From NCBI GenBank assembly GCA_024704765.1, contig JAKMXF010000022.1, positions 821,055 to 885,054 on the forward strand: 64,000 bases of DNA, given 5' to 3'. A program made the position numbers and the translations under genes. The stretch comes from Oopsacas minuta (lineage: Eukaryota; Animalia; Porifera). A model generated the notes under the pieces. It was not told where the DNA came from. It made no database searches and worked only from the letters and a program-made list of their open reading frames with translations. Shown here piece by piece: positions 62,201-64,000 of this stretch (position 1 is the stretch's first letter; each line of letters begins with the position of its first letter).

Positions 62201-63094
62201 GTTCCCCTGACAAGAAGCTGACACGTGCTTGAAGAAGCCATGCAGACGCTATTCCCGGAGCAGATCCACAAACCGGATTCAAAAGAAAGCTTATAGACTT
62301 GAGAACTTGAGAAGGTTCCTGACTAGGTAGGAGAGGATCTGAAGGGCTAAAGCTCATCAAATCACTCACAATCTAAATAAGGACCAGAAAGCATTATGAC
62401 GTAATAGAATAATATTAAATGGAATACCAGTAGGATAAAATCAGGATTCAAAAGAGTGAAGTACTGTGCTCCTAACGGGATCCCTCTAACAACTTGGAAA
62501 TGTAGCTGAGCAGCTTCATCTAGCAAAGATAGAATAATTTCATTACTTTTATTCTGTTTTATCCCTAAAATAGCATATAAATAGGAAACTTCTGCTGATT
62601 TCCCAATGGTAGCTTGCACTTCTCCTAAAAAGTCCAGCTGTTGCTTAGCCTCATCTAACTTGCCCAATAAAACCTGACAGTGTATTGCTCCCGAGAGAGC
62701 AGCTACACTTGTATCATCAAATGAAAATGCCTAAAATTGATAAATTAACTAATTAGATATCATTTACAGATATAAGTAACATTATCTGTACCTTTTTGTA
62801 CATTTTGAGTGCATCATGAACTTTTCGTTGTAGTAGCAGTTGATAAGCTAACTCAGTTGTGTATATCGGATTGTTTGCTTTTAGAGAACAAGCTCTCTCC
62901 ACAAGAGCTAATGTTTGTGAAATAACAGTAGGAGCTCTCCCACATACTCTGCATAGAGAGAGTGATAGCTGGTAGTAGAGGTTGTGATTCTGTGGTTCTT
63001 TCCTGTCCAGGACTTGAATCAAATTTCCTATAGTCTCTACAGCGGCATAATGCTGTCCTTCTATAGCCAGCTGATGGAGAGCTTTCAGATGGAT
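53293..63094 (-). CDS. TTC21B: IFT-A subunit IFT139/TTC21B (TPR protein), multi-exon; 5' part probably lies beyond the window
   Basis: Exons include 63094-62792, ~62670-62400, ~62370-61985, ~61575-61135, ~60385-60250, ~59772-59505, 55449-55096, 54702-54239, 53845-53293. C-terminus '[42 protein letters not shown]'. Confidence 0.93.
53876..54170. mobile_element. Possible hAT-like MITE in a TTC21B intron
   Basis: AGGGTTACC / rc CAGGGTTCCC ends and many ATCCAA/TTGGAT subterminal motifs. Confidence 0.35.
54792..55005. mobile_element. PIF/Harbinger-like MITE in a TTC21B intron
   Basis: TIR AAGCCCAACATACACGATGCAAC / rc AAGCACACCATACACGATGCAAC (21/23). Confidence 0.6.
56769..57689 (-). CDS. CYB5RL: NADH-cytochrome b5 reductase-like protein, intronless, nested in a TTC21B intron
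   Basis: N-terminal 'PSPEDCCGSGCNPCVLDIYEQEL' domain, FAD motif 'RQYSPIS', 'IKIYCDGRMS', 'RGPFG', NAD motif 'ACGTGIAPM', 'FVCG'. First ATG at 57689. Confidence 0.9.
   Translation of the reverse strand: MAGRDCEIQGRPQSPSPEDCCGSGCNPCVLDIYEQELRFWKLSLNQIKPSAPIRFALSTDSYLNCIISAMESITHDVILYTISFIDKDLISNLFPGSHIILQASSKDNTHTITRQYSPISSLSSIGSLDLIIKIYCDGRMSALVREWTIGSIVRIRGPFGSFDIKQNQYKYMSMLACGTGIAPMYQVMRYILENESEETRINLLYSVNTAKDVLLKQQLDDFSEYWNVKIVYFLTKEGESNEKTFPLKYKDVIFYKRINKEIIEKVIPPTSPYHIVFVCGTKYFNKDMKNILIDYLGFSHNQLKIF
58257..58622 (-). CDS. Small Maf/CNC-like bZIP protein with a degenerate basic region, nested in a TTC21B intron
   Basis: 'LVTSSIIEL' resembles the Maf extended homology region; 'ERRRLKKLEYA' resembles RRRTLKNRGYA; heptad 'IEILQTTRNSLLAEKRSLREEI'. 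Confidence 0.55.
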   Translation of the reverse strand: MSLTRCINKKRTDDVLCFLNIDRNTLVTSSIIELRKIAREKSRSLPYKTAIDMESILSRERRRLKKLEYAENDKDKYNCLITDYGTEIEILQTTRNSLLAEKRSLREEIEKYEKFFTLSNC

Positions 63095-64000
63095 CTGAAG
63101 GAGAATGTGATATAATTCTAAATGCTGAATTAAGTATTTGCTAATAGTGAAACAAAATTTGCTCTTATATTAAATATAATATTTGTGTATACTTGTAACT
63201 TAAATTTCTGGACAATTTCAAAGAAATAAAGATCAAATGAATTTCAATTTGGAAAAAATGAATACGCAAAATTCTTTCAAAAAAAATTCAACATTTTTAA
63301 TTTGAAATATCTGTCAGAAACTTCAATGAAAGAGAGCCAATATTTCTGAGATCTGTTAAATACTCAAATATGGGAACTGAAATTAAGAGTTTCAGGTAAA
63401 ATCATAGAGGTTGAAAACATTGGAGTTATTTTTAGAAGTTTGATTGCTAAGCTGCCGGCTGCCTAAGCAAACGAAATCATTAAAATACAAATTAATTATT
63501 TACAATAAATTAGTGGTAAATTGATTTGTTGGATTTTAAGGAAAACCTTTCTAATCAAAAATATGTCATATCAGGTCTGCGCCAGCAGCATAGACATCTT
63601 TGGCGGAATATTACATCGGTAGCACCTGAGCACTAGCACATGACTTAATACCTGGCGGAAAGTAGAAAAGATGACCATGGTAGTGTGATATAACACCATG
63701 GGATCAGATGCACCACCCAGGTGTTAGCATTACTTGCGTGCTTTGACTGAAATTATGAATACCATTTCTAGGTAGTAAATAATTTTATGTGGTTTTGTAA
63801 TAGAAAACGAAATATGAACTCTAATGCTCTTATTAGATATTAATCGGAATATAGAGTAGAAGACCGATCCACTTTTAGGATGAAAGATAAGTGAATAACA
63901 AAATTAATACAGGAAATACGAAACTGAGCCAATATCCGAATTAGCTATCAATGAATTACTCTAATTTATTAAAATAAACACTCACAGCTTCAATACAATC

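Noticed and set aside
63530-63760. GC-richer stretch as a further TTC21B exon
   Set aside because: The minus-strand frames I checked hit stops and do not resemble the expected TTC21B segment; probably a repeat fragment.

Overview
AT-rich, gene-dense animal genomic DNA. The mix of intronless housekeeping genes, roughly 50-100 bp introns and an NHL-repeat gene suggests a compact early-branching metazoan such as a sponge (inference only). Recognisable genes are CRCP/RPC9, HDAC3, LACTB2, a DDX5/17-type helicase, two LYPLA thioesterases, SELENBP1, an NHL protein, a C/EBP bZIP, ABITRAM, ASPM, ACSL (plus a truncated inverted copy), TTC21B, CYB5RL and a degenerate Maf/CNC-like bZIP. Manual splicing also gives a 16-exon, ~838 aa orphan type-I membrane protein. 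Mobile DNA includes a DIRS retrotransposon, a full-length mariner relic, a Helitron-like family and many MITEs. The top finding is a 2.9 kb Transib/RAG1-like transposon (45632-48554). It has a perfect 5-bp TSD (TGTGG), perfect RSS heptamers (CACAGTG) at both ends, and a shared distal box spaced 13 vs 23 nt from the heptamer, resembling the 12/23 asymmetry. Its transposase has a segment resembling the RAG1 nonamer-binding domain. It lies between the arms of an apparently identical 1.4 kb ACSL inverted duplication. All calls were made by eye, with no database searches.
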